A DNA stretch of 59,594 nucleotides. It comes from a virus. Taxonomy: Duplodnaviria; Caudoviricetes. The notes under the pieces were generated by a model, which saw only the letters and a program-made list of their open reading frames with translations, was not told where the DNA came from and searched no databases. The first letter of the stretch is position 1; each line of letters opens with the position of its first letter. Positions 40,510 through 49,196 of this stretch are shown one piece after another. A program made the translations under genes and the position numbers. The stretch covers positions 1-59,594 of IMG/VR virus record IMGVR_UViG_3300030055_000360, one strand, 5' to 3'.

Positions 40510-41417
40510 TAGAATTCACACATTGCTTGTTGTTCTGCTTTTTCTGTTTTAAGATTATCTTGAATTGGATTCTTAAGGATATTTTCATCAGTTTCTTTTA
40601 CTGGTTTAATTTCAACATCTATGATCTCTTGATTAGCATTTGCTTTGATTTCTTCATGTACTGCATCTTTTACATTTTCAATAATATCTGTTTCATCATA
40701 GTCATCGGTGGTTATTAAACTATCTATTAATACATCACTATCATCTGATGTATTGTAGAATCTTTTACATGCTCTATTTATGACACTCTTCTTTGCCATT
40801 TCTTCTGCAAAATCATTATGTGTGCTTGATTTCCCACTCTTATATGCTATACCCATCCCCCATGATTTTCGTATTTGATCTATGGTCATTACTTCGGTAT
40901 GCAAAATATTATTATCATTGCCTATTATTAATGCAAATGCGCCTTTTATCTTATCTGAATTGATATTTTCAAATTTAGGTTCATAGTTAAATTCAATAGT
41001 GTAGGTATCTTTATTAAATATTGTGTCAAATGTATCTCCCTGATATATTACAAATGATTTAACATCATTTACTCCCTCAATTCTTTTAGTTGCTACTATG
41101 CTTCCCATATAGCTTTTCATAAGAGTTAGCTTATTTCCGTATACTACAAAGTAGCATTGCCTTTTAGCAGGACTCAATCCTTGTAAAACCATATTATATA
41201 GCGTTTCTACTATTGAATTTTTACTACATACATCTAATGCAGGTTTCTTTTCTCTATCTACAACATCCTGAAGCATTAGCCATGCTGAGTTAATTGCATT
41301 CTCTGGTGAATAATTTTTAGGTAATTTAATACCGTTATTCTTTTCAAGTCCTGCTATTTTAGCCATTACATTATTAAATGCATCTTCCTTATTTAAAACC
41401 AATCCTTGTTCACTCAT
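40509..41417 (-). CDS. recT: RecT family single-strand annealing protein
   Basis: C...SI...L...GLSP...QCYFV.YG...SYMG; EMAKK.VI.RACK. Confidence 0.88.
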   Translation of the reverse strand: MSEQGLVLNKEDAFNNVMAKIAGLEKNNGIKLPKNYSPENAINSAWLMLQDVVDREKKPALDVCSKNSIVETLYNMVLQGLSPAKRQCYFVVYGNKLTLMKSYMGSIVATKRIEGVNDVKSFVIYQGDTFDTIFNKDTYTIEFNYEPKFENINSDKIKGAFALIIGNDNNILHTEVMTIDQIRKSWGMGIAYKSGKSSTHNDFAEEMAKKSVINRACKRFYNTSDDSDVLIDSLITTDDYDETDIIENVKDAVHEEIKANANQEIIDVEIKPVKETDENILKNPIQDNLKTEKAEQQAMCEF

Positions 41418-41834
41418 TTATTTTTCCTCCTTCACATAACATCTTGCTTCTTTTAGTACTTTATCAATATCTGATGCTCCGAGATTATAACCTAATGCAT
41501 ACATAACATCATCCATACTTACCTCTTGAAGTCCCCATTTAGGTTTTACGAGTTCATGTACAATTGTTACCTTTACTTTTGGATCCTCTGAAAAGCTTCT
41601 ATAAAAGTCTTCAAAACTGTTTTCATTGGTTTTATTTACTTCACTTATTTTTGAAGTTTCTTCAATAACCCTTGAGTCCACAAACAAATCAACTATTTCC
41701 TCTACTAAAATCTTATATATTTCAGTAGCCTTTTCTTCATGCTCTTTACGCTGCTCTGGTGTACCAAAACATTGAGATTTCTCAGAATTAAAATCAGATA
41801 AATAATTTAATATTGCTAATAACCTATCATTCAT
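41418..41834 (-). CDS. Hypothetical phage protein
   Basis: Coupled ORF. Confidence 0.55.
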   Translation of the reverse strand: MNDRLLAILNYLSDFNSEKSQCFGTPEQRKEHEEKATEIYKILVEEIVDLFVDSRVIEETSKISEVNKTNENSFEDFYRSFSEDPKVKVTIVHELVKPKWGLQEVSMDDVMYALGYNLGASDIDKVLKEARCYVKEEK

Positions 41835-43810
41835 TATTTTTCATTCTCCACTTTTAACTTCTTATCTTTACTTACTATTAAATTGATTATTTGACTATCT
41901 GTTGAAACTATCTGATTAATACTTTCTCTGTTATCTATAAAGATTGGAGCATTTACTTCATAAAATTCTGAAAGGGTATTAATAATCTCTATTCCTGCAT
42001 TTATTTGACTTGCAGTATTTGCATTACTAAATGGAACTCCATCTATTAGGGCCTCGCAACATTCATTAAGTCCACCATTTATTTGTTGGTCAAAAAGTTT
42101 GAATCTTACTGCTTTGAATTTAGAATTTATTCTCTCTTCCAATAATTCAACCTTTGTTCTTATGAACTCCTCACACAAAAAGTCATATCCTTCAAGTTTT
42201 GCAATCTCATTAGCTAGATTACGTTCCTCCTCCTGGAGCTCTTGAATTCTTTTTCTTAAAGTTTCATTAGTATCTTTTTGACCTAATGTCTTATTTATAT
42301 TTTCTAATTCTTTTTCTAAATTTAGTTTTCTATAAGCTAGTTCTGTATTGTCTGTAAATTTAAAGTTTGCTATTTTATCTTTAATTTCATTAATAGAATT
42401 AGTTAATTCCTGTTCGCCAGTAAAAGTTATTGTATTGTTAATATTTAATCTTTGTTTATCATTCTCTAATTGTTCTAGCTCTGATTTAAGCAGCTCCATT
42501 TTGGAGTTATATTCACTTAATTTCTCTTCGTAGTCTATTAGATTTTCACTATTTCCTTTAATTGAAGTCTCAAGTTGTTTTATTTTTTCTCCAAGTTCTT
42601 TACCTTGCTTATTTATTGAATTAATTTTCTTTGATTTTATCTCATCAAAATATCCTTGAGCATTGGCTCTGATTTCTTCTAGCTGTTCAACTTCATATTC
42701 TCTATGACATGTTGGACACAATTTCTCATTTTCATCAAATTCAAATAATATATTATATTCCTGGTTCCATTCTTCCCTTAGGCCTTGCTGCTTCTCCTTA
42801 TTAGTAGTAATTAATTCATTTGAAATTTTTATTGCGTCTTCTGCTTCAAACTTGTCTCTATTTAGGATTTCAACTTTATGTTCTAAGTTACTTATTTCAT
42901 ATTTTTTATCTGAAATCTTTATATTTAGTTCATTAAAAGGCTTATTTGCATTTTCTTTTGCTTGTGATGATTTACTACTATACTCTAATCTTAGATCTGA
43001 TAGTTGCTTTTCTAATTTCATCTTTTCAGAACCATTATCACCTGCAGCTATTTGTTTTGATAACATATCAATGCCACCCTGAATTGTTACTTTTCTAGCC
43101 TCTAAAATTTTAAAATTTTCTTCAACTATGGAATTGTTACATTCATCAATCCTAAAAGGAATTGATTCTTTATCTTTACTATATTTAGATATCTGAGCCT
43201 TTACTTTCTTTCTATAATCTTCTATTGGAGTATTATCTGATAATAGCTGCTCTAATGGCTTTAATTCTTTTTTATAGTTAATTACATTATCTTGATCAAT
43301 ATCACCAATAATCTCTAATAATATCTCCCTTTGCTTTTTCCACTCTATACTGTTAAAATAGAGTGGATTAGATAATAACTTAAAGGCATTATCCGCCAAG
43401 ATATTTGTAACCTTTTCGTTATATTCTTTTTGTTTAGCTGGGACTTGGTTGATATAATAAGTTGTTTCATGACCTGAGAAAACTTTATCTGCTAGTCCTT
43501 TTTTCTTTGTCCATTTCTCTGTAAAAATTCTTTGAAGTGTTATTTCTTCACCATTTACATCTAATACTCCAATTACGCTATGCTCTAATCCATGTAATGC
43601 TTCTCCATCAGGACCTAATGTTTTTATTTCAAAGTCTTTTCTATCTTTACTGTCCTTCCCAAATAGTAACCAACAAAAGCTATCAAATATTGTTGTCTTT
43701 CCTGTTGCATTTTCTCCTAAGATATTTGTTATAGTCTCAAAATCAACTACCAAATCCTTAATACCTTTAAAATTTTTAAGAGTTACTTCTTTTATTAATA
43801 TGTTTTTCAT
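41834..43810 (-). CDS. SMC/Rad50-like ATPase
   Basis: NFKGIK, GENATGKTT, coiled coil with CPTC hook, PIFIDNRES. Confidence 0.88.
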   Translation of the reverse strand: MKNILIKEVTLKNFKGIKDLVVDFETITNILGENATGKTTIFDSFCWLLFGKDSKDRKDFEIKTLGPDGEALHGLEHSVIGVLDVNGEEITLQRIFTEKWTKKKGLADKVFSGHETTYYINQVPAKQKEYNEKVTNILADNAFKLLSNPLYFNSIEWKKQREILLEIIGDIDQDNVINYKKELKPLEQLLSDNTPIEDYRKKVKAQISKYSKDKESIPFRIDECNNSIVEENFKILEARKVTIQGGIDMLSKQIAAGDNGSEKMKLEKQLSDLRLEYSSKSSQAKENANKPFNELNIKISDKKYEISNLEHKVEILNRDKFEAEDAIKISNELITTNKEKQQGLREEWNQEYNILFEFDENEKLCPTCHREYEVEQLEEIRANAQGYFDEIKSKKINSINKQGKELGEKIKQLETSIKGNSENLIDYEEKLSEYNSKMELLKSELEQLENDKQRLNINNTITFTGEQELTNSINEIKDKIANFKFTDNTELAYRKLNLEKELENINKTLGQKDTNETLRKRIQELQEEERNLANEIAKLEGYDFLCEEFIRTKVELLEERINSKFKAVRFKLFDQQINGGLNECCEALIDGVPFSNANTASQINAGIEIINTLSEFYEVNAPIFIDNRESINQIVSTDSQIINLIVSKDKKLKVENEK

Positions 43811-44133
43811 AATATCCCCCTTGCTCTTCTTACTTTTTGAACTTCTTCTTCTATGATTTCTCTTAATGATTTATTAGTTCCAATATCACCTCTTTCAAGC
43901 GTTGCGTTTACTACTCTATCTAATGCATCTAAGGTATTTTGCATATTGGTTGTAACTGTTCTTGAAAATGTCTTTGCACATAAAGCACAAATTCTAATAT
44001 ATTCTTTTAAATTAGTTGTCTTTCCAAAATGAATTCTATTAAATTTGATATCATCATCTGTCATAGTTATTATTTCTGTAAATTCTTCTTTAGTTATTTC
44101 TGATTTAAGTAACTCTAAAAATAAAAGAAACAT
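43807..44133 (-). CDS. Hypothetical early protein
   Basis: Coupled ORF with SD. Confidence 0.55.
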   Translation of the reverse strand: MFLLFLELLKSEITKEEFTEIITMTDDDIKFNRIHFGKTTNLKEYIRICALCAKTFSRTVTTNMQNTLDALDRVVNATLERGDIGTNKSLREIIEEEVQKVRRARGIL

Positions 44134-44143
44134 TTTCTCACCC

Positions 44144-44302
44144 CTACTCTAAATTTAAAAGTCCATCATTACCATATTTAATAAGTGCATCAATTTGATT
44201 GCTTGGATGAATGTTTATTGCATCCTCAACAAGCATGTCCATTAGTTTTCCTTGAATTTCTTTTTCATGTTCTTCATTTTTAAAAATCCAAACTGCTTTC
44301 AT
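44144..44302 (-). CDS. Small hypothetical protein (52 aa)
   Basis: ORF MKAVWIFKNEEHEKEIQ... with SD AGGAGG; not in the ORF track. Confidence 0.55.
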   Translation of the reverse strand: MKAVWIFKNEEHEKEIQGKLMDMLVEDAINIHPSNQIDALIKYGNDGLLNLE

Positions 44303-44808
44303 TAAGTATCCCTCCTACAATTAATTATTAAGTGTTTTTCAGCCCATAGCTTTAATGCTTGTGACTTAGCTGATATTTCATCTAATGTATCTATTATTTC
44401 TTTTAATTTTGGAACCTCATCTTCAGTTATTTGACCATCTTCTGTTATATCAATTAGTGAATCTTTTATTTTATCTATGCTTGTACCATTTAAAACCGAA
44501 AGTATTTGAATCGTTAATCTTTCAATTTCACAAATTTTAATTTGTGGTATTGTTTGTTTTCCTAATGGACATAAGTTTGAACAATAGTAGTTGTTTAGTT
44601 CTGGAGTATTATAAGTATCTGAAATTAAAAGTACTTCTTCAGGATATGGATTCAAACTTCCCAGCTCTATTCGTGCTAGTCTTGTACGATCTATTCCTAT
44701 CTTTTCTGATGCACCTTCTCTACTATTTAAACAATCATTAAACTTTGATGCTTCCATTCGTGCTTGATAAAATACATTATCAATAGCTTTTGTGGCTTTC
44801 CTAGACAT
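44302..44808 (-). CDS. XRE-HTH phage regulatory protein
   Basis: SREGASE.IGI.RTRLARIELG...P.PEEV; YC...CPLG. Confidence 0.75.
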   Translation of the reverse strand: MSRKATKAIDNVFYQARMEASKFNDCLNSREGASEKIGIDRTRLARIELGSLNPYPEEVLLISDTYNTPELNNYYCSNLCPLGKQTIPQIKICEIERLTIQILSVLNGTSIDKIKDSLIDITEDGQITEDEVPKLKEIIDTLDEISAKSQALKLWAEKHLIINCRRDT

Positions 44809-44857
44809 TTATTTCGCCTTCTTTCAATCTTATAATTAATTAGTAAATTATTTTTTG

Positions 44858-45220
44858 TTCTCTATGTGTGAACAACATCTTTAAAAAAAAGATTATCAAT
44901 TGAAGTGTTAAGTAATAATGATATCTTCTTCGCTGCTATTACTGAAACTCCTCTCTTACTGTTTTCAATCATATTATAGGTACTTACTGCAATACCTAAT
45001 TTTTCTGCCATTTGTAATTGTGTTAATCCCACCTTTTCCCTATACTCTTTCATAGCATTATTCATTTAACCTCCTCCTTTCCGTTCTCATATTGTGAACT
45101 TTATGTTTTTATTATAATGTCACATTTCGTGAATGTCAATATAATTTTTCACATTTTGTGAAAACATGTTTATATATACAATATTTTTGGTACAATATAA
45201 TTAATTTCACAAATAGTGAA
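44858..45220. promoter_or_regulatory. Genetic switch: five 15-bp operators (TTCAC-N5-GTGAA type) and divergent promoters
   Basis: Sites at 44858, 45084, 45119, 45148 and 45206; leftward TTGACA-17-TATAAT (45139-45111); rightward TGgTACAAT (45188-45196). Confidence 0.8.
44862..45065 (-). CDS. Cro-like XRE repressor
   Basis: 67-aa HTH (LTQ.QMAEKLGI..STY..IE), divergent from cI. Confidence 0.85.
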   Translation of the reverse strand: MNNAMKEYREKVGLTQLQMAEKLGIAVSTYNMIENSKRGVSVIAAKKISLLLNTSIDNLFFKDVVHT

Positions 45221-45237
45221 AAAGGGGTGAGAAAACT

Positions 45238-45660
45238 GTGAACTTAGGTGAACGATTAAAACAATTAAGATTGCAAAAACAGATTTCACAAACTGACTTA
45301 GCAAGACATTTCAACATCGCTAGAAGCACACTTTCACAATATGAGTCAAATACTAGGACGCCAAGTGATGAAATGAAACTAAAATTCGCTGAATATTATA
45401 ATGTCTCTATCGACTACTTACTTGGTAAAATCGATACTACTGTAAATGAATTAACTGCTAAAGATAAAAAAGACATCCAAAAAGACCTAAAAAACATAAT
45501 GGATGACTACAGAGAACAAAAAGATGGAACAAAATATTACAATGGCGTAGAACTCCAGGATCAAGATTTTGATTACCTAGAGCTTGCCATGCAAGTTGCA
45601 CTCGAAAAAATAAAAGTGAAAAACAAAGAAAAATATACACCGAAGAAATTTAAGAAATAG
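45238..45660 (+). CDS. CI/ImmR-like XRE repressor
   Basis: GERLK.LR....SQ.DLA......STLSQYE...R.P; C-terminal KYTPKK typical of ImmA-paired repressors. Confidence 0.9.
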   Translation: MNLGERLKQLRLQKQISQTDLARHFNIARSTLSQYESNTRTPSDEMKLKFAEYYNVSIDYLLGKIDTTVNELTAKDKKDIQKDLKNIMDDYREQKDGTKYYNGVELQDQDFDYLELAMQVALEKIKVKNKEKYTPKKFKK

Positions 45661-45671
45661 GTGGGATTAAT

Positions 45672-46124
45672 TTGAGTGGGGATTATATAAGAAAAGCTAT
45701 TAAAAAACTAAAGAAGAAATACAATACTTCGTCCCCTTCTGAATTAGCAGAATGCCTAGATATTACTGTAATTATTCAACCTTTGGGTAATGTTTGGGGG
45801 ATGTATAAATATATAAACAGAAACAAAGTCATCTTTATTAATTCACTTTTATCTGAAATTGAAAGACGCTTTGTTTTGACTCATGAAATTGGACATGCAG
45901 TACTGCATCCAAGATCTTCATGCTACTTTATAAATGAACATAATTATGTTAGCAAGATTAAATCGGAATATGAGGCTAATATGTTTGCTGCTGAGTTTTT
46001 GATTGATGATGTATCAGTGGATCAGGTGAAATTGGAAGGATTGTCGTTAGATCAACTAGCTAGTAGCTATTATGTTCCGGTTGAAATTATGAAGTTGAAA
46101 TTTAATAATGGTAATTTAAGCTGA
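45672..46124 (+). CDS. ImmA/IrrE family metallopeptidase (anti-repressor)
   Basis: THEIGHAVLH; EYEANMFAAEFL. Confidence 0.9.
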   Translation: MSGDYIRKAIKKLKKKYNTSSPSELAECLDITVIIQPLGNVWGMYKYINRNKVIFINSLLSEIERRFVLTHEIGHAVLHPRSSCYFINEHNYVSKIKSEYEANMFAAEFLIDDVSVDQVKLEGLSLDQLASSYYVPVEIMKLKFNNGNLS

Positions 46125-46186
46125 TATTATAAAGATTTCAATATATGGACGATTTTTATAATATCAATAGCTTTTTATTTTCTTTT
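46119..46186 (+). terminator. AU-rich hairpin with U tract after immA
   Basis: GATATTATAAAGATT...GATTTTTATAATATC followed by a T-rich run. Confidence 0.4.
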
Positions 46187-46484
46187 ACTTTATTTTTATT
46201 TACTTTACTTTTCTTTGTGTCATTAATCTCAGATTTATCGGAGTTAATCTCGGATTTACTCAAGTTTTTCTCGGATTTATTTATTTTAGAGTTCACTTTA
46301 ACAAAGCTTTGAGTCTAACTTTTTTTAAATTCAAAACTTTGTGATTTCTACAGTTCTTTTTGAAGCTCTATTTTTAATAGCTTCTTGAAATCTGCGCTGT
46401 ATTCCGACGGAGGTTAGAACCTTGTCCGACTTGAAAAGTGTATCGTTAAACAGTGACCGTTCAAATAAGAAGTTCTTAATCTGC
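46184..46484. repeat. Non-coding diverged copy (copy B) of the initiator-gene origin segment 39249-39551
   Basis: Colinear, same orientation, long identical stretches, three iterons retained, 2-nt deletion breaking the frame. Confidence 0.92.
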
Positions 46485-46510
46485 TCAACAACTATATTAA
46501 CATAATTAAC

Positions 46511-46669
46511 CCTGAATATGAAGCTAATTTGCTTGCTGCTGAGTTTTTAATTGATGATATAGCTGTGGATAAGCTTGATTTGGATGGACTTTCTTTGGAG
46601 CAGTTGGCTAGGAGCTATTATGTTCCAGTTGAGATTATGAAGTTAAAATTTAAAAATGTAAATCCTTAA
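46511..46669 (+). pseudogene. Diverged 3' fragment of a second immA
   Basis: PEYEANLLAAEFLIDDIAVDKLDLDGLSLEQLARSYYVPVEIMKLKFK aligns with the ImmA C-terminus; lacks HEXXH. Confidence 0.85.
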
Positions 46670-46729
46670 TAGTTATTCATTTATACTTGTGACACTTTAA
46701 TCAATTTTTATGTTATCCATCACTAATAG

Positions 46730-46771
46730 AAAGGAAAGACTATAGCATTTTTGTGACCTAGCCCTTCCTTT
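46730..46771. terminator. Hairpin between the convergent immunity and defence transcripts
   Basis: AAAGGAAAG...CCTTCCTTT inverted repeat. Confidence 0.45.
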
Positions 46772-46805
46772 AATTTATAATCTATATTATTATGTAACCA
46801 TTTTA

Positions 46806-47594
46806 CTAATTATCCTGTTCTTTTTTTTCTTTTATACTTTTTTTTAATAAAATCATAGCAAGTACATATTCTAATATCTGAACTTTTTGCTTCATTTCTA
46901 AAATCTCTGTTGGACTCACTTCATTTTCTAGACTTGTACCATGTGCTATGGAATTACGTTTCCTTAATAATTCATCAAGAAAAGTTTGGAATAATCCTTT
47001 TTTACCTTTTTTAGCCGATAAATCAATATTAAATTCATTTATATTTATAGAATATGGATATTCTTTACATCCCATTAATAGTTGTTCACTTAAATTACTT
47101 ATTAATTTTTCCGTTTCCTCACTATCATTTTCAAATACAATATTTACTTTTGATTTTTCTATACTTTCAAAAAAATTATTAACTCCAAATTTCAAACACA
47201 TCTTATCTATTACGCTTGGAGATGGATTCTTGTTATTTTCAAACAAAAATGGTTGTAATAAAAATTTTGTATCCAACTCATCCAATACTTTTATTAATTC
47301 ATTAGCTTTCCCACCCTTGTTTTCAATATCTATAAAAGAGCTACAAAAAGTCATTTTTAATTCAGTAGGTGCATTACGAAACTTTGAAAATTTATTTATA
47401 TCATTTAATATAACTTTCACTGCTTCTTTTATAAATCCTTCTAGATTTGCTGAAGTTAATACAACTGCAGATCTACATAAAACATTATAAACTTTTTCAT
47501 TATCTGAATTTTTTTTAGCTTCTTCTGCCAGTATATCTATTTCAGCCCATCTATTAGGAATTGACTGAAAAAAATCATATGCAAATGTATTCAT
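46806..47594 (-). CDS. HEPN nuclease (MAE_28990/MAE_18760, RiboL-PSP-like)
   Basis: RSAVVL..A.LEGFI; KRNSIAHG (Rx4H); coupled to DUF262. Confidence 0.85.
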   Translation of the reverse strand: MNTFAYDFFQSIPNRWAEIDILAEEAKKNSDNEKVYNVLCRSAVVLTSANLEGFIKEAVKVILNDINKFSKFRNAPTELKMTFCSSFIDIENKGGKANELIKVLDELDTKFLLQPFLFENNKNPSPSVIDKMCLKFGVNNFFESIEKSKVNIVFENDSEETEKLISNLSEQLLMGCKEYPYSININEFNIDLSAKKGKKGLFQTFLDELLRKRNSIAHGTSLENEVSPTEILEMKQKVQILEYVLAMILLKKSIKEKKEQDN

Positions 47595-48703
47595 TACTTC
47601 AATGCCTCTTTTGCCATCTGTATCCTAGTTCTGACCTTTTCTTTATCATTTACACTACCATTTATTGATTCAGAAAAAGCTTTATCTGAAAAAAGTTTTT
47701 TGAAATTATCTATTTTAGAATCAGCAATTCTATCTTTTTTTAAATCGATTGTTGTCGCAACTCCAATAGCTAATGAATCGAATACAGCAGCATTAAAATT
47801 TGATACCTTTTTATATTTGCCATCTTCAAATTTATATTTAGCAAATGCTAATTCACCAAAAGAATTATATATTATTCTCATAGTATTTATAAATCTCTTA
47901 CTCATTTGATCTAACTTTGTTTTATTTAGTTTATTGAATTTTTCCATTTCATCGGATAAAAATTTCTTAAATCCTTTCTTTATGTTATCATAATTATCAT
48001 TATCTAAAGAAAAAAATCTTAATACTAATTCTACATCTTCCATTTTTTTCACTTTAGTATTATCATCTGCATTCTTTTCTTTAATATTTAATAGCTTTAT
48101 GAAATTTTTATCAGTTGCTAAAACTTTTATAGTATCGTTAAATTTTCCTCTATATATAGCATTTCTTAGTTCCTGTGCAGTTAATTCAACCGAACCAGAA
48201 TTTAATCTTTCAAAGATATCATATTTTACTAGAGGATCAATTGTTGAATCAATTCTCAAACACTTTATAGTTCGTTCTTCTAATCTTCTTATTAAAAAGG
48301 GCGGTAAATCCTTATATAAACTTCCATTTAAATCTTTTAAAACCTCTAAATCAGTTAATTCAAAATTATTATTCATATATTCACTTATTGCGGTTAGTCT
48401 TTGTTGTCCATCTATCACTGAATATCTTGCAATGTCATCTTGTAGTTCTACATCAACATCCACATCTTCTGATAAATATATAACTGGTATAGGAATATTT
48501 AAAATTAAACTCTCTATTAATTTAGAAGATATTTCTTTTCCCCATCTATGATTTCTTTGATAATCAGGATTTAATTTAATATAACCTTTATTTATTTTTT
48601 TTACTAATGTCTCCAAATCATATTCTATAGTTTGTGTCTTTACAGTTCTTTCTTTTGCAATTTTTTGCAGAACATCTAATTTAAACTTTAATGTCTCAGA
48701 CAT
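47594..48703 (-). CDS. DUF262 (GmrS/ParB-like) protein
   Basis: P.YQR..RW; LIES..LNIPIP; IDGQQRL; IFERLNSG..L..QELRNA. Confidence 0.92.
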   Translation of the reverse strand: MSETLKFKLDVLQKIAKERTVKTQTIEYDLETLVKKINKGYIKLNPDYQRNHRWGKEISSKLIESLILNIPIPVIYLSEDVDVDVELQDDIARYSVIDGQQRLTAISEYMNNNFELTDLEVLKDLNGSLYKDLPPFLIRRLEERTIKCLRIDSTIDPLVKYDIFERLNSGSVELTAQELRNAIYRGKFNDTIKVLATDKNFIKLLNIKEKNADDNTKVKKMEDVELVLRFFSLDNDNYDNIKKGFKKFLSDEMEKFNKLNKTKLDQMSKRFINTMRIIYNSFGELAFAKYKFEDGKYKKVSNFNAAVFDSLAIGVATTIDLKKDRIADSKIDNFKKLFSDKAFSESINGSVNDKEKVRTRIQMAKEALK

Positions 48704-49196
48704 AAAATAACCTCCAAGTATTCATTTACTTTTCCTTAAACAATCTATGACCATTATATTGCTTATAATGACTTTACTTCAATATAAATTATAAATTAAC
48801 TTTATTGAAATTCTCTATTTATTAGTGATACTATTCATCACAGTATATTCTAAACTTTAATAAATTATATATGTACTTTCTCATTATCTGCGCTTAACTT
48901 GCTATTATATACAGATACTGAGTCTATGAAAAATAGACATTTAAACTTTTAGTATTATCATCCAATTTATTTTCTATGCACATTTTTCTGTTCTATGTTG
49001 TTATTTAAGACTCATATGTTTATTGTAAAATAATATCAATAATAAATGGTTTCATAGAACTATCTATTTTAAACATCAAATTGATAATATGAATACCTAT
49101 TTAAATGAGTCTAGCAAATAATCTAGTTAGCTATTGTGATTGATTACAATCTTACCAGATTATATTTTAATCAATTTAAAATTTTTCAGTTAACTA

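Noticed and set aside
39249-46484. The rep-segment duplication as a DGR template/variable repeat pair
   Set aside because: Mismatches are not restricted to adenines on either strand, there is an indel, and no reverse transcriptase is encoded in the window.
46948-48551. Long + strand ORFs (180 aa, 150 aa) and similar short antisense ORFs throughout the track
   Set aside because: They are shadow frames opposite well-supported genes, with low-complexity F/L/S/I composition and no SD or motifs.
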